NCBI GenBank assembly: GCA_040285825.1
Contig: JAUPSS010000004.1
Span: forward strand, 3,851,658 to 3,915,657
DNA from: Eukaryota sp. TZLM1-RC
Lineage: Eukaryota; Protista; Metamonada: BaSk clade
Direction: 5' to 3'
Length of the DNA stretch: 64,000 nucleotides
Shown here: positions 45,298 through 56,972 of the stretch, one piece after another
Layout: the number at the start of each line of letters is the position of its first letter
Numbering within the stretch: the first letter of the stretch is position 1
Notes under the pieces: model-generated
What the model was told of the DNA's origin: nothing
The model's database searches: none
The model's input: the letters and a program-made list of their open reading frames with translations, nothing else
Program-made: the position numbers and the translations under genes

Positions 45298-47040
45298 ATG
45301 TCTTATTCAGATGAGGAGTTTGAAAGTTATGTATCCGACTTCGAAAGCTGTTCGTCAAGCAATGCTACAAGTCGTCCCCATACACCTCATCAACATCTTC
45401 AACAAATCATTGATGCAGAAAATGCTTCAATCACATCCAGTCCATCGCCAACAAAACAACTTACACACTCTCCCAAACCCTCAACTGTTAATTTCGTGTT
45501 TACGGCCCCATCTAAGCTTTCAAAATCTAAACAGAAACTTCTACGTCAAAAATACAATGCTGTAACTTCTGTTGTCTCCTTTGATTATTCTACTCCCTTC
45601 GCTTGCTTTTCTCTTAATGTTGTTAGTGGTTCTGCCCTTGGTCGTGGTGTGCAATGTGGAGGAATTGGACTGAATAAAGCAGTGGAAACTAGCATTGATG
45701 TTTGTGATGTTGCATGTACGGCAGATGTAGGGTTCTTTGACGCTGTTGCTGATTCTTCTAGGCAATCAACCGATGATGATTTCATCATCCCAGTCAAATC
45801 ATCAATCAAATCATCAATCAAATGCGATTTTAAACATTTATCTTCATTTGTTACGAAAATCTCAAATCCGATCCTTTCTCTTTTACACAGGTCGCTTTCT
45901 CAGAAAACTGTTGCAAAAACTATTTCAAGTATTGAATTACTAACAACAGTATCAAATGGAATTTCAAATTATGCATTGTCCAACTATTTACTTGCTTTTT
46001 CAGATTATTCAGGTTCAGAAATCAGTCTAATCAATCTCAATCAATCACGTGAGATACCAGTCAGAATTAAGCTTCCATGTAAGGCAGTGGATTTCAGTTT
46101 AGTTTCTTATTCTAATCAATCAATCTGTGATTATCTTTTGATTGGAGTTTCTGAAGAAGGATGTCCTTTTGTTTATAAAATATTTAATCACACAAATCTG
46201 GAATTTGCGGTAATTGATGGCATCTTTGATGATAAACTGTTTCACAATGCTCTACCTGGAAGAGCTCAGAATTGTCATGTGATATCACGTGGAAATGATT
46301 GGAAAAAAGATTGTGTTGAGTTTGCTGTATTATCTTGTTCAAATCTCTTGGGTTTCTACACTATTTGTCCATCAAAAGGTTCATTTTCTTTGCAATTCAA
46401 TCTTGTTTATGACCTAATGACGTCACCAAAACTGACCACCGTTGACAAAGTTCATGATACCAAAAGACTGGTCAAATCACTAAAATCTTGCATTTCTGTT
46501 GGTTCTGCAGTTGCTGCTGATAGTAGTTTGTATTATCTTATTGGCACAAACACTTTTATCTTCCCATTCTCAATTAGCAATAGGAAAATGAAATCATCCA
46601 TACCAAAGCGGTTTGAATTTTGTGGACCTCAGTGCATATCTTCCAATACGTTTCTTCCAGAATTGTTCATGGTGTTCAACAAATTCTCTTTATCTTTGTT
46701 TAGTGTTAATAATTCAAAACCTAAATGGACGTTCAACTGTTTGTTTGAGCAAAATTTTACTGGTCTTTCATTTTCTTGGAGTGTTTTTGATCCTTTTATG
46801 TTTGCAATTAGTTATGGTCGACGACTTTTGATTTATGATCTGTCTTGGTCTTCTGCAAATGCAAGATCTTCTTTATTATTAGATGAACAAATTAGTTTTG
46901 TTGTTTGGTCAACAAATTGTCTTATCTTGTACTTGCAAAATGAAACTTTGGTAAATATGCCGTTTCCAGAGTTTGTCGTTGATCAAACAGTTTCTAACCC
47001 GGACCGAAGTCTGATTGATCAGTTACCATCACTTGATTGA
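45298..47040 (+). CDS. Divergent WD40-like beta-propeller protein, possibly dynein intermediate chain-like
   Basis: ATG at 45298. Acidic YSDEEFESYVSDFE N-terminus and C-terminal FSWSVFDP..LIYDL..VVWS repeats. Confidence 0.5.
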   Translation: MSYSDEEFESYVSDFESCSSSNATSRPHTPHQHLQQIIDAENASITSSPSPTKQLTHSPKPSTVNFVFTAPSKLSKSKQKLLRQKYNAVTSVVSFDYSTPFACFSLNVVSGSALGRGVQCGGIGLNKAVETSIDVCDVACTADVGFFDAVADSSRQSTDDDFIIPVKSSIKSSIKCDFKHLSSFVTKISNPILSLLHRSLSQKTVAKTISSIELLTTVSNGISNYALSNYLLAFSDYSGSEISLINLNQSREIPVRIKLPCKAVDFSLVSYSNQSICDYLLIGVSEEGCPFVYKIFNHTNLEFAVIDGIFDDKLFHNALPGRAQNCHVISRGNDWKKDCVEFAVLSCSNLLGFYTICPSKGSFSLQFNLVYDLMTSPKLTTVDKVHDTKRLVKSLKSCISVGSAVAADSSLYYLIGTNTFIFPFSISNRKMKSSIPKRFEFCGPQCISSNTFLPELFMVFNKFSLSLFSVNNSKPKWTFNCLFEQNFTGLSFSWSVFDPFMFAISYGRRLLIYDLSWSSANARSSLLLDEQISFVVWSTNCLILYLQNETLVNMPFPEFVVDQTVSNPDRSLIDQLPSLD

Positions 47041-47448
47041 TTAGTGATTATGTCGAAATAAAATGATTTTATTTATATATTTTTAAACACTTCTTATCTG
47101 AATTTATCATTTTACTTGAATGAAACAAATTCATTTACCTTTGATAACAACAATAACACCATTAAAGTTCAAAAGTATCCACAAAGTATAATTCAGTAAG
47201 AACATTCTTGACCGTTTTTGCAATGGATGAAACAAATTGTGTTAGGTGAAAGAGATTGGTGCAAAATGTTTTAATGTCAATTTAAACGCTACGACTGTCA
47301 TTTGTCAACAGTTGGAGTGTATGAACATAGTCGTTTCGGTTTGAAATATGGAGATTGAAACTCTGTGTTTGTGTTTTCAAGTGAAAGGCTTTGTTGAATA
47401 GAAATTTCTTAGAAATAGCGCGCCAATCAAACCTGTCGATCCCCAACG

Positions 47449-49056
47449 ATGTCTTATCTTCCCGAGGAGTTTTGGGACTTTGATGATGTGGACTCTATAT
47501 CACTAGAATCAGAAACAGATCTTACATCATGTCAATCGGATATCTTGTCAAGATTTCAGACATCTATTCCTGACATTGACATACCTACAGCCATGTCACG
47601 AAATACTACGACTCCCGTAAACCCTCAGGATAAACCCGACAAGAACCATCAATCAGCCCCGGTTCCTTCGAACATACCCAAAGAATCTACCATCAGTTTG
47701 GTTCCAAGTTTTTCAGTTTCACCACCAAAGAATGTAAATCGGACACATGCTGCTCCAGCAGCGACAAAATCTCCGATCTTTCCACCACCGTCTCCGTCGT
47801 TTTCTCCACTGTTTGCACCTTCTCAACAGAGGACTTTTCCTCCCTCAAGTAGCGGATCATCAGTGATGCTGACTCAACCACATGTTCCAATCAATCGGAC
47901 AGCTACAAACACGTCGAACAAACAAAACTATCCCCCCACACCCCAAGAACCTGGAGATAGTGAGGAACAAAAGCCAGTACTAACTGGAACTACTTCCAAG
48001 ATTCTCCGATCTGATTCTATATCCTTTTCTATTAACTTGGCTGAGGTTGTTTTTGAAAAAGAACAAAAGGACCATCAACTCCGTCGTGCTCTTTGCCGCC
48101 CCGATTTTGCTATAGGAGATTCCGGAATCTTTATCACTGGAACACAAGATATTCGCCCTGAAGCAGGAAAGGCCAACCTATTGATCATATCTGATATCAA
48201 AAAGTCTCCTACAAGTGGAGAGCTCTTTTGTTCATTTAGACAGTCCATGTCTGTACATGCTGCAGTACGAGATGTACATTTCTTAGATCATTCAAGAGCA
48301 GTAATTGCTGCTGGTGACAAACTTGCAATCCTGGTCATCAATTTCAAGGAAGGGGTACAGGTGTTTGATTCCTCTACCATTCAATCTTTTTCATTTGAAT
48401 GGCTGCCACCTTTCCACACTGATGAAATTCGTGAAATTTGTATCCATCCTTCCAATAGGTCGATCATAGCTTCATGTGGCTTTGATGGCCAAATCTTTGT
48501 TTTAAATCTGACTTCAATAACTCAACCTCAGATCAGCTCTTCATTCAAACTCAATGAAGTTGTTGGTTCGGTGAGATGGAATCCCTTCGACACAACTCTA
48601 CTCTCTGTCACTACGGACTCTGGATTGATGTATACATTCGATACGCAACTTAACAAAACTGTTCGTATAATTCCTACTAACAAGAAAGGACTTTTCACAC
48701 ACTGTCCGTTGTCAAAAGAACAAGTGTTGTTTGGTTTTGATGATGGTACGATACACTTGCACGATGTATCAAAGAATCAACATTTAATCTCATTTCATGA
48801 TATTTCTGTTACGTGTATTGGAGATATCCACATGTTTGCAGACGTAAGCACCTCTCTTCAATACCTAACATGCTCTGGTATTGGTGGAGTTACATTATGG
48901 TCTGTGGTGAAGGACCAAATGAGTGTAGTTGATAGTGGCAAGGTGAACACTAGTTGTGGAGGTCCTGATTATTATTCTTCTTCTTGTTTTGTACCATTTA
49001 TGAAGGCCATTGCTGTAACTGATTCTGAAGGGAATTTTATAATTCTCAAATACTAG
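47449..49056 (+). CDS. WD40-repeat protein with a Pro/Ser-rich N-terminus
   Basis: HTDEIREI..HP..IASCGFDGQI, VRWNP..VTTDSG..FD and FGFDDGTIHLHD. Confidence 0.85.
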   Translation: MSYLPEEFWDFDDVDSISLESETDLTSCQSDILSRFQTSIPDIDIPTAMSRNTTTPVNPQDKPDKNHQSAPVPSNIPKESTISLVPSFSVSPPKNVNRTHAAPAATKSPIFPPPSPSFSPLFAPSQQRTFPPSSSGSSVMLTQPHVPINRTATNTSNKQNYPPTPQEPGDSEEQKPVLTGTTSKILRSDSISFSINLAEVVFEKEQKDHQLRRALCRPDFAIGDSGIFITGTQDIRPEAGKANLLIISDIKKSPTSGELFCSFRQSMSVHAAVRDVHFLDHSRAVIAAGDKLAILVINFKEGVQVFDSSTIQSFSFEWLPPFHTDEIREICIHPSNRSIIASCGFDGQIFVLNLTSITQPQISSSFKLNEVVGSVRWNPFDTTLLSVTTDSGLMYTFDTQLNKTVRIIPTNKKGLFTHCPLSKEQVLFGFDDGTIHLHDVSKNQHLISFHDISVTCIGDIHMFADVSTSLQYLTCSGIGGVTLWSVVKDQMSVVDSGKVNTSCGGPDYYSSSCFVPFMKAIAVTDSEGNFIILKY

Positions 49057-49646
49057 GGGTGCGATCCACTCTTTGGTTTGTGTGTGTAATAAAGAGCTTA
49101 CCAGTATTAGCTAGTATTATAGTCTAGTTGTGTCAACAAATAAAGTATGCAATCAACAGTTGGTGAACATAAGGTCGAGGTCAATTCTCTTGTTCTTTAG
49201 AATTATTTTCCAAAACAAGTCAGCATAGTCATAAAGAGAAACTAGGAAAACTAAGTGAACTTGGTCATTAAATCCCATATTAATTCCTATTTTGAAGATG
49301 TTGAAAATAGTTTTATTCCAACAAAATTCCCAAGTATTCACTATTTTATCTAAAGCGCGACGATATTTGTGTGTCTGAAATAAAATTATTGCAATTCATT
49401 ATCATTATAAACAGAAGTCAAACAAAGATACATCTCTGAAAAAACAAAATCAATAGTGGCAGAGACAAACAGCTTTCATTACCCAAAAAATAGTTTCAAC
49501 CAACACTAAAAAAATGACTTAACTTAAACTTTATTCCTGACAGCAGAGACATCACAAAGTCTCTACACAAGACACAAGATGTCGCAATAAACATGACCTT
49601 ATAACTCAGACTAAAAGAAAAAAAGATCTTGTACAAAAAAAATTAA

Positions 49647-51854
49647 TTAAACCTTACAATAGAAATCTTCTCTGTCAAGATCTGCAGAGTATATTTTGAG
49701 CAAATTACTAATTGTAGGTCCAAAAAATTCATTACCCAATAGAATATGCTGCGGAATCACACCAACATTTTCCTTAACTGAAATAACTAAATCGGAAAAG
49801 CTTTCCCATGGATATCTCTCAGGAAACTCAGATCGCAAAGCTTCATATACATCGACATAGGTAGAATCAAGTTCAGTTGAGATTTGATACATTTCTCTTG
49901 CTTGCATCCTGCAACGAATGGAGACCAAAACAGGAACGGGAGGATGAGATGCTAGACTCTGAATAAACTGAGTAGCAAACTGTTTGTGTAGCTTTTCTTG
50001 GAGATTGGATTTTGCATCAACTCCAATAATAAGTTGGGAATTAGGTTTTCCGTCTATCAAAATTAGATCAGGACCAGCAGCGTCCTTGCCATTCTTCCAA
50101 ATATTTCCCCTACACGATTCCAATTCTTTCCAAGTACATACTTCATCTTGACTAATTAAACACTGAATCTTAAGGTTTTTGATAATTGCTTTCGATGGTT
50201 TGAAATGCAGAACTTTCAGACGTAAAGTTTCCTTCAATTGGATGGAATACTGCTGGGAATTCCAAATACAATGGTCAGGATTAGATGAAGTTTGACTTGG
50301 TCCAAATAAATAAATGAGGGAGTGGCATTGGGAAATTGGTTCAACTTTAGGAAAAAGTTGACTCCGCAAAATAAGAAAATTGCCGATTAATTCTTCAAAT
50401 GACTTCCCCATTTCTGTAGCAAACTTATCTTTGGCCATTTTTAGGGCATCGCCATCAACTTGATTAAATGTCTTCTTATCAATAAACAAGTCAACAATAG
50501 TGTTGATCAATGAATCGAGTTGTTGCAACAGAGCAGGGGAGACATAACATGAGATGGACCATTTAAGATCAAAATAAGACAAAATACAATGATAGCGTGT
50601 TAATTGAAAAGAGTCTCTACTGTGCTGTGGTGGAGGAAGGACTAATGGATTCAACATAAAGAAAGCATCAGCTTCAAAACAATCCATAGCCAAGTTTCCA
50701 CTGTTTAATCGTACTTGATCACAATGAAATTCACCGAATGAGGACATTTGAGGCGACAAAGCAAGAGGAAAAGCTGCAACAGCGAGTGCTTGAATAAGAG
50801 GATTTAAAGGAGAAACATCTGAAGTGTTGATTTCAGGCGATACATTCCACTTTCTGGTTTTCTTGAAGGCGTTAAGGGTCCTAATAATTGTTCTTGGATT
50901 ACCCGAACACTGAATGAGACATTTGAGTGCTTCTGTAAGGTTAACACCACTTGGAAGATCAGCTTGTTGAATGAATTGGTATAAATGATTTAGATCTGAG
51001 ATGGCTTCAAGCCTGTAAGTAATCACCTTGAATTTGGAATTTTCTAAACATTGTTGGATATATTGACGATAAAGTCCAGCGACAAACGGTAAACCAACAC
51101 CATTATGAATAAGATTTCTAAAAAAAGGAAACCATTCAGGAATAACAGACCCACCTTCACAGTTGGAGTTCCGGTTGGAAGAAGGAATTTCATCAAAAAA
51201 GAAGAGAAAAGGTAAGTTCGATTCATTACCCAGTGATTTCCAATAATTCAAGGCATCGTCTTCATTTTGAAAAAAAGATAAAGAATTGTCTATTGTTTTT
51301 GGAGAGAATCTGGATAAGAGGAAATCGAGGTCTTTTAGAAAACGATTCATTGGTCTCGAATTAACTCCAGGTAGCAGAGATTTCAGGTTACTAAAGAAGA
51401 AGCCTGAGGTGGGTGGAGAATAAGGAATGTTGAGATATAATGCAATGTACTCGAGAAGATATTCAGTAGCATTTTCAAACGAACAGTCAGGGAGCTCCAT
51501 GGCGACAAAACGACCGGAAAGATATAGATAAACTAAAAGGTCAGCAATACATGGAGTACTCCCAATGACTTTTTGAGAATGACCAAGCGAGATGTACAAA
51601 TCTGAAAGAATATCGTTACGTCCATTAGGCTCAACAAGAGAGTGTAAACAGCTAGCTCCAAAAGTTGTTTTACCAGACCCACGAGTACCAATCACAGCAT
51701 TGATACATGGCTTCTCATTTTTGCCAATTGTTCTGAACAGAGAAAGTTGATCGCATAGATTGAGTGTGAAAGAAAGGATAGCTCCGATTCTATTGATCAT
51801 TGATTTAGATTGCAGGGCCTTATAAGAGTTCACACCTCGGATCAGAATAGACAT
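49647..51854 (-). CDS. Crinkler/RHS-type P-loop NTPase plus restriction-endonuclease-fold protein
   Basis: Walker A GTRGSGKTT, Walker B FLFFFDE and SGNPR. C-terminal GKSFEE..NGKDAAGPD..GVDAK is a PD-(D/E)xK-like motif. Confidence 0.72.
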   Translation of the reverse strand: MSILIRGVNSYKALQSKSMINRIGAILSFTLNLCDQLSLFRTIGKNEKPCINAVIGTRGSGKTTFGASCLHSLVEPNGRNDILSDLYISLGHSQKVIGSTPCIADLLVYLYLSGRFVAMELPDCSFENATEYLLEYIALYLNIPYSPPTSGFFFSNLKSLLPGVNSRPMNRFLKDLDFLLSRFSPKTIDNSLSFFQNEDDALNYWKSLGNESNLPFLFFFDEIPSSNRNSNCEGGSVIPEWFPFFRNLIHNGVGLPFVAGLYRQYIQQCLENSKFKVITYRLEAISDLNHLYQFIQQADLPSGVNLTEALKCLIQCSGNPRTIIRTLNAFKKTRKWNVSPEINTSDVSPLNPLIQALAVAAFPLALSPQMSSFGEFHCDQVRLNSGNLAMDCFEADAFFMLNPLVLPPPQHSRDSFQLTRYHCILSYFDLKWSISCYVSPALLQQLDSLINTIVDLFIDKKTFNQVDGDALKMAKDKFATEMGKSFEELIGNFLILRSQLFPKVEPISQCHSLIYLFGPSQTSSNPDHCIWNSQQYSIQLKETLRLKVLHFKPSKAIIKNLKIQCLISQDEVCTWKELESCRGNIWKNGKDAAGPDLILIDGKPNSQLIIGVDAKSNLQEKLHKQFATQFIQSLASHPPVPVLVSIRCRMQAREMYQISTELDSTYVDVYEALRSEFPERYPWESFSDLVISVKENVGVIPQHILLGNEFFGPTISNLLKIYSADLDREDFYCKV

Positions 51855-51883
51855 GGTTGACCAAGATTAATACCATTTATATA

Positions 51884-53808
51884 GAGTCTGACAAAATACA
51901 CCAGCTATTGCACCAGTTATTAAGAATTGTTTGAAAAATTGAATTTAATTTCTGAAAAAAAATGACCGAATTATGAAATTAGATATACAAAAACATATCA
52001 AATTTACCATTATAAGACTATGTTTAAGTTCCAATTTTAATCATATATTTCGATCTACAAATCCTCTTATCACTAGGCCTTTGGCCCAGAAGTTTAATGA
52101 ATTACGTGCAACAGTTTTGTCACAATTACTAGGATGTAAAATGTTCCGAATTCCTGATCATGCTTATCTTAGTCCACATTATGACGGTTTAGGTTGGACA
52201 AAGGCTTCTATTCTTACTTCATGTGCTTCTATTGGTGGATGCAGAGATGCAATATTTGAGTTTTCTGAAAGATTTGCCGATTGGGAAGATTTATCAATGA
52301 CAACGCAAAGTTCCACTGTTTTTGCATTAAATGAAGAAATTTCAAAAATTAAAGTTGAAAAATGCAATCGATGCTTTCCCCAATCATTCAATGGAAATAT
52401 TCCTGAAAAGGTTTTTTTAAATTTTAAATACACTCTTCGAACATTACAGAAACGACTCACTTCAATGTATGAAAATGATCTTTATAAAATTAAATGCAAG
52501 TCGGCTGTTTTGAATCAAGATCTTCACTCATTGTTATTGGAAAAGGGTGTTTGTGAAAATCAACATCAGATTCTTCACTTTTTGTAAAACTTGTACCACG
52601 AAGATTTGGACTGTGTGCTAATGATGAAGCGTTTGTAACAAAAATGAGATTATATTTGAATATCCCCATTAATCAATTATTATCAAAAGAAAAATGTATT
52701 TGTTCGAATTCACCACAGCTCACTTTGCGTCATGCTGTAAATTGTTCGAAATTGATAACTTATCGTTCTTCATTACATGATGCTGTTAGAGACACTGTTT
52801 TTAATATGGCTCGAACTGCAAGAATTTCGTGTATCAAAGAGCCTCTGCTGAAGGAAACATTGTGATCGAATAATTTTGGTTCTGATGATAGAGGTGATGT
52901 GCACTGTGATTGGATTGACAACTCTGAAGTTGTTGTTGATTTTGTCTCATGTAATGTTGCAAACGACACTTTGGTTCAAAGTAGAAAATTTAATCCTGTA
53001 TATGCTCTTGAATCTAAAGCCAAAAAACTTAGAAGATATGGCAAAGATATTGAAGAAGCTAATGTTGATAGAAATAGACCACTTGTTTTTATTGCTTTCC
53101 CATTTTCGATAAACGGAAGACTATCAGTAGAAGCAGCCATTTTTTTTGATGATTTCCAAAAAATGGTTGACAAAACAATGAAAAGATTTGGTATCTGATA
53201 GTGGCGCTCTTGAATTAATTTTGCATTATTAATAGATCGCGTCGATTCTGCAATCGAATTAGAGAAGCTTTAGCTAGACAGCAAACAGATCAAGATTTTG
53301 TAAAGGAAATCTTGGTTCAATGAATTTCGTCCTATTAGTTATGAGTTTATTTTGTTGAGTGTGCAAGATCATTAAACAAAAATACCAGTTATTTAAATTT
53401 TTTCGGTAGTTTGCACCATTTTATTAATCTGTGCACCAGTGTAAAATGCACCAGTGTAATTTACAAAACACCATTTCTATCTGGTACATATCACCACCTT
53501 GTGCTTCTTCATTTATCTAGTGTTACAAACGTGGCAGACTGTTAGGTTCAAAAAACGTTAGACGCCAACCTTCGGCATTTGAAATCGCGCCAAGAGGTAG
53601 ACTCAATGAGAACCAGTAATGCAATTTCTACCTAGATTGTCTACGCAATGCCATCTCGTTCATATTTATTGTTTCCTTCACCTTAATAAACCTACTCTAT
53701 TTTATTTAGCATTCTCAACAGCTCGAAAACAAATTTAAATAGTAAGTGGTGCAACAAACTTAATAATTTAATTAACTGGTGCAATAACTGGTGTATTTAG
53801 TCAGAGTC
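51884..53808. mobile_element. Non-autonomous TIR element (MITE, about 450 bp) interrupted by a non-LTR insertion
   Basis: Left end gagtctgacaaaatacaccagctattgcaccagtta matches the reverse complement of the right end, gactctgactaaatacaccagttattgcaccagtta. Internal gcaccagt subrepeats are present. Confidence 0.85.
51922..53383 (+). mobile_element. 5'-truncated non-LTR family A copy with a 10-bp TSD
   Basis: TSD accagttatt at 51912-51921 and 53384-53393. ORFs are homologous to 6561-7950. Confidence 0.93.
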
Positions 53809-54043
53809 ATTATTTAATTTAGAAATCATGGTAACTCACGTGCGAATTACCATATTTACCCAATTGCAATATCGTTGTATAGATGTCATAGGAAAATTGT
53901 ATTTTAGACTGATAAATTTTATGATCGGACGATGATGTGATTATTGTGTGTTCAAACCATGAGCATTGAATTTTTATCATAATCTATGAAATATAGAAAG
54001 ATTGATAAAGCATATTTACTGAAAAAATAATCAAATCCTACAA

Positions 54044-54737
54044 TTACATAATACAACAGCCTTTCTTATCTTCATTATTTTGTTCATTACTGGAACTCAC
54101 GGAATGATTTACAATCTGAGCAGGAACAACCTTCTGTGATTAGAAATCAATTAAAAAAACATACAGATGCAGCCTCAACATCATGTTTGGAAAGAGGAAC
54201 ATGGGCTAAATCAGCAGCAATTCTATGAAACACGGCATTGACATTGTCACCGGTCTTCGCTGATAGGAAAAAAGAAGACATGTCGTTCTCCCTAGCAAAG
54301 TCGTTGTGTTTATCAGGTTTCACCATACGAAGATGTGCAAGATCCGTCTTTGTACCAAGTAGAATCAGGTGAGGTAATGACTCATCTTGATATGTTCTTC
54401 TCACAATGTTTAGCCAATCATGAAGATTATGGAAGCTTTGAAGATTGGTAATGTCATATACAAGTATTATGGCATGAGAACCGTATATGTATTTAGAGAG
54501 CATCTTGGAGCCTATGGTCTGGCCTCCAATATCCCATAGTTGAAGTGTCACACGTGTATCATTAGGAAAGTCTATATTTCGGCTAAAGAAGTCCAAACCG
54601 ACTGTTTGCTTGTAAGACTTAGCAAAGTAATCATCAACAAAGCGGTACACAGTTGAAGTTTTTCCAACTGCACCATCACCAAGAAGTATGACTTTAAACC
54701 TTAATAATTCACTTTCAGAGTCTGAAGAACTGTACAT
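54044..54737 (-). CDS. RAB28: Rab28 small GTPase (2 exons; intron 54134-54164)
   Basis: GDGAVGKTS, YKQTVGLDFF and WDIGGQTIGSKML. Splicing out gtatg...ctaatcacag gives a 220-aa protein ending in the CaaX motif CCIM. Confidence 0.93.
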
Positions 54738-54846
54738 TGATCAAAGTTGAGTGGTAATTCAATTAATGCATGTTTCTTTCCAAACATCATTGTTTTTGTT
54801 TGATGAACGCTATTATACTCCAAACTTCCTGCATGTACTCACAGAT

Positions 54847-55350
54847 CATTGCAGTACCTTTGTTCTAGTATTATCATGAATATGTAAGCGTGGTATCACG
54901 TACTTATTGAGTGTACTGCTTACTTCCCTATTCCAATAAACTCCACATTCACTATTTTGCCAGTGCAGCATACCTTAACATTGGACTGGTTAAATATCAT
55001 CTTTGTTCTGATTGCAATTTTGCATGAGTTCTTGAATTATATTTTCTAGATTGTTAATAACATGAGCATTATAGTACTGCTTTTTGCCGACCGTAAATCA
55101 TCTTCCATTCTCCTTTTTGTGCGTTTGAACCTTTTTTATGCAAATGGATCTTTTACTTTTTCGATTGTTTTCGACACAAGCAAATCAACTTTTACTGGTA
55201 CGATAACCTTCTACCGAACAGGCTTTAATACCATTTTTTGCGAAAATTCTTTTCAGTCCTACACATCTCATGGTGCTTGCTTGATCTTGGAAATTGCTCT
55301 TCGCAAAGTCAATTACAATACTTATATCATCATCCAATTTGACAATTGTT
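54847..55350 (-). pseudogene. Fanzor1 #4 C-terminal remnant (not in the ORF track)
   Basis: A single frame with stops reads VGLKRIFAKNGIKACSVEGYRTSKS*FAC ... GMLHWQNSECGVYWNREVSSTLN..RTKVLQ*. Confidence 0.8.
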
Positions 55351-55499
55351 GCCTTAAGTATTGGGGGAAAAGAAAAGTGGATTTATTTTCTAATCATATT
55401 ATATAAGCCCTTGGGCGCAAACACTGCTTCTTCCCTATTTTAAAATAAATCATTTCATATGAATATGAAACAAAAACTACAAACAAAAAACTAAATAAC

Positions 55500-56090
55500 T
55501 ATAAATACTGAGAATTCAACATGCTTCCTAATTCTATTACTACGTCTAGGCCACCTAGGGGCTGTAGACTCATTGGAGGTACCTTGTCGTTGACTAGTGG
55601 TACGCCTACCAATTTTCTTGTTATTCTTACTAAATAACATGTGAGCTTCTGAATGTTTAACCGAATGGAGAGGCTCTTCTGTTGTCTCACCGCCAAACCA
55701 TTGAACAGTACAGAAACTACCTGAATCAGAGCCATATTCTGAGAGGATTTTCTCTATAACGTGTTTTTCAGCATCGCCTCCTACTACTGCCTTGATGAAC
55801 TCAATATCCTGTGGATTATCAGCGTAATAGATTCTACAATTTTTTTAGCAGCTTTTAATTCAATGCCAGTGGTAAGATTCTTTAATGATAAAGTGGATTT
55901 GGTGCAGTCAATCACTAAGAATGGTTCATTTCAAGATTGATGCAATTTATTATTTTGCTTGGTTTTACGTAAGACATAGTCGCCAATATTGAATACTATA
56001 AAACGCGAATTAGTATTATCTACTGAAATTGGAGTATTTAATGTTTGGGGACGCTCTGCTTCTTCCCTCTTTTCTTGAAGACGATTATTT
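55500..56090 (-). mobile_element. Ty3/Gypsy integrase C-terminal/chromodomain-like remnant
   Basis: FNIGDYVL..PFLVI..LKNLTTG..HVIEKIL..VQWFGGETTEEP is homologous to 57800-58250. Confidence 0.7.
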
Positions 56091-56142
56091 TTAAATTTAA
56101 TGTCAACTAATAAAGGTATGTTAGTTTCAAATTTGGATAGAT

Positions 56143-56350
56143 TTGCTATTAACTTTCAGTTTGAGCCAAAAACGAGGTGTTATTCAATGTGCTTGGTATG
56201 ATGGAACTGAACTAATTATCGATTGTACGACCGTGTCTCCACGGCAAAGAAGTTCCAATTCTGACATTGCACATTTCCTCAAAAATGCTGAGGTTTTCCA
56301 AGAAATCAAAATACGAAACCTTTCTACAACGTCTTATTTTGAATAATGTT
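56143..56350 (+). mobile_element. RLE endonuclease fragment of a further non-LTR family
   Basis: WYDGTELIIDCTTVSP..KNAE fits the RLE D..K motif. Confidence 0.5.
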
Positions 56351-56682
56351 ACGGAGTGTTATAACAAGCGAGTTGCTATCCAAGTGAATAGCGAAAATCT
56401 GCCGTCATTCAGTCGATGGGATTTGAGTGGGTAAAAGCTTAGGTTAAGGTTTGTTGTTTAGTTTTAAAAAAATGTGTTTGTTTCTGGAATAAACTCATTT
56501 CATATGTTTGCAGGATCTGTTCTTGGATTAATCGAAGATCCGAACATAAATTCGTACGAGGTAAAAACAGTTTTTTGCCTTTAGTGGAGGTTAGTTCTAT
56601 GAGAATCTTTTATGAACTTTCACAAACATAAAGAAATAGTATTTTTCACCATAAATTCAATACAAATTCAAAAAAAATCCAA

Positions 56683-56934
56683 AGTTCCATTTTCATGTTG
56701 AATATATTCTACAAACAGACAACATCCAATAGAAATGAATCAAATGGTGATGTTCAGCAATTGACAATGATAACCCTAAGTTCTACTCGATTATCATTCT
56801 TTTGATTAGGTCAATAACATTTTCAACATTTATGAGCTTTATGCATCATTGAAACTAATGGTCATGTCTCTCCGTTGAGTTGAATTCTATTGTTTTTAAA
56901 CTGTTTGCAACATTTGCGACAATTCAAGCATGAT
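56683..56934. repeat. Repeat of about 250 bp, with an inverted copy at about 62877-63129
   Basis: Long reverse-complement matches, e.g. tgtttttaaactgtttgcaacatttgcgacaattcaagcatgat. Confidence 0.9.
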
Positions 56935-56972
56935 TGAAGTATACAAAGGCAATTATTTAGAAAACACTGGAC

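Noticed and set aside
51875-53817. TSD around the MITE
   Set aside because: The flanks atttatata and attatttaa match only 5/9 in AT-rich DNA.
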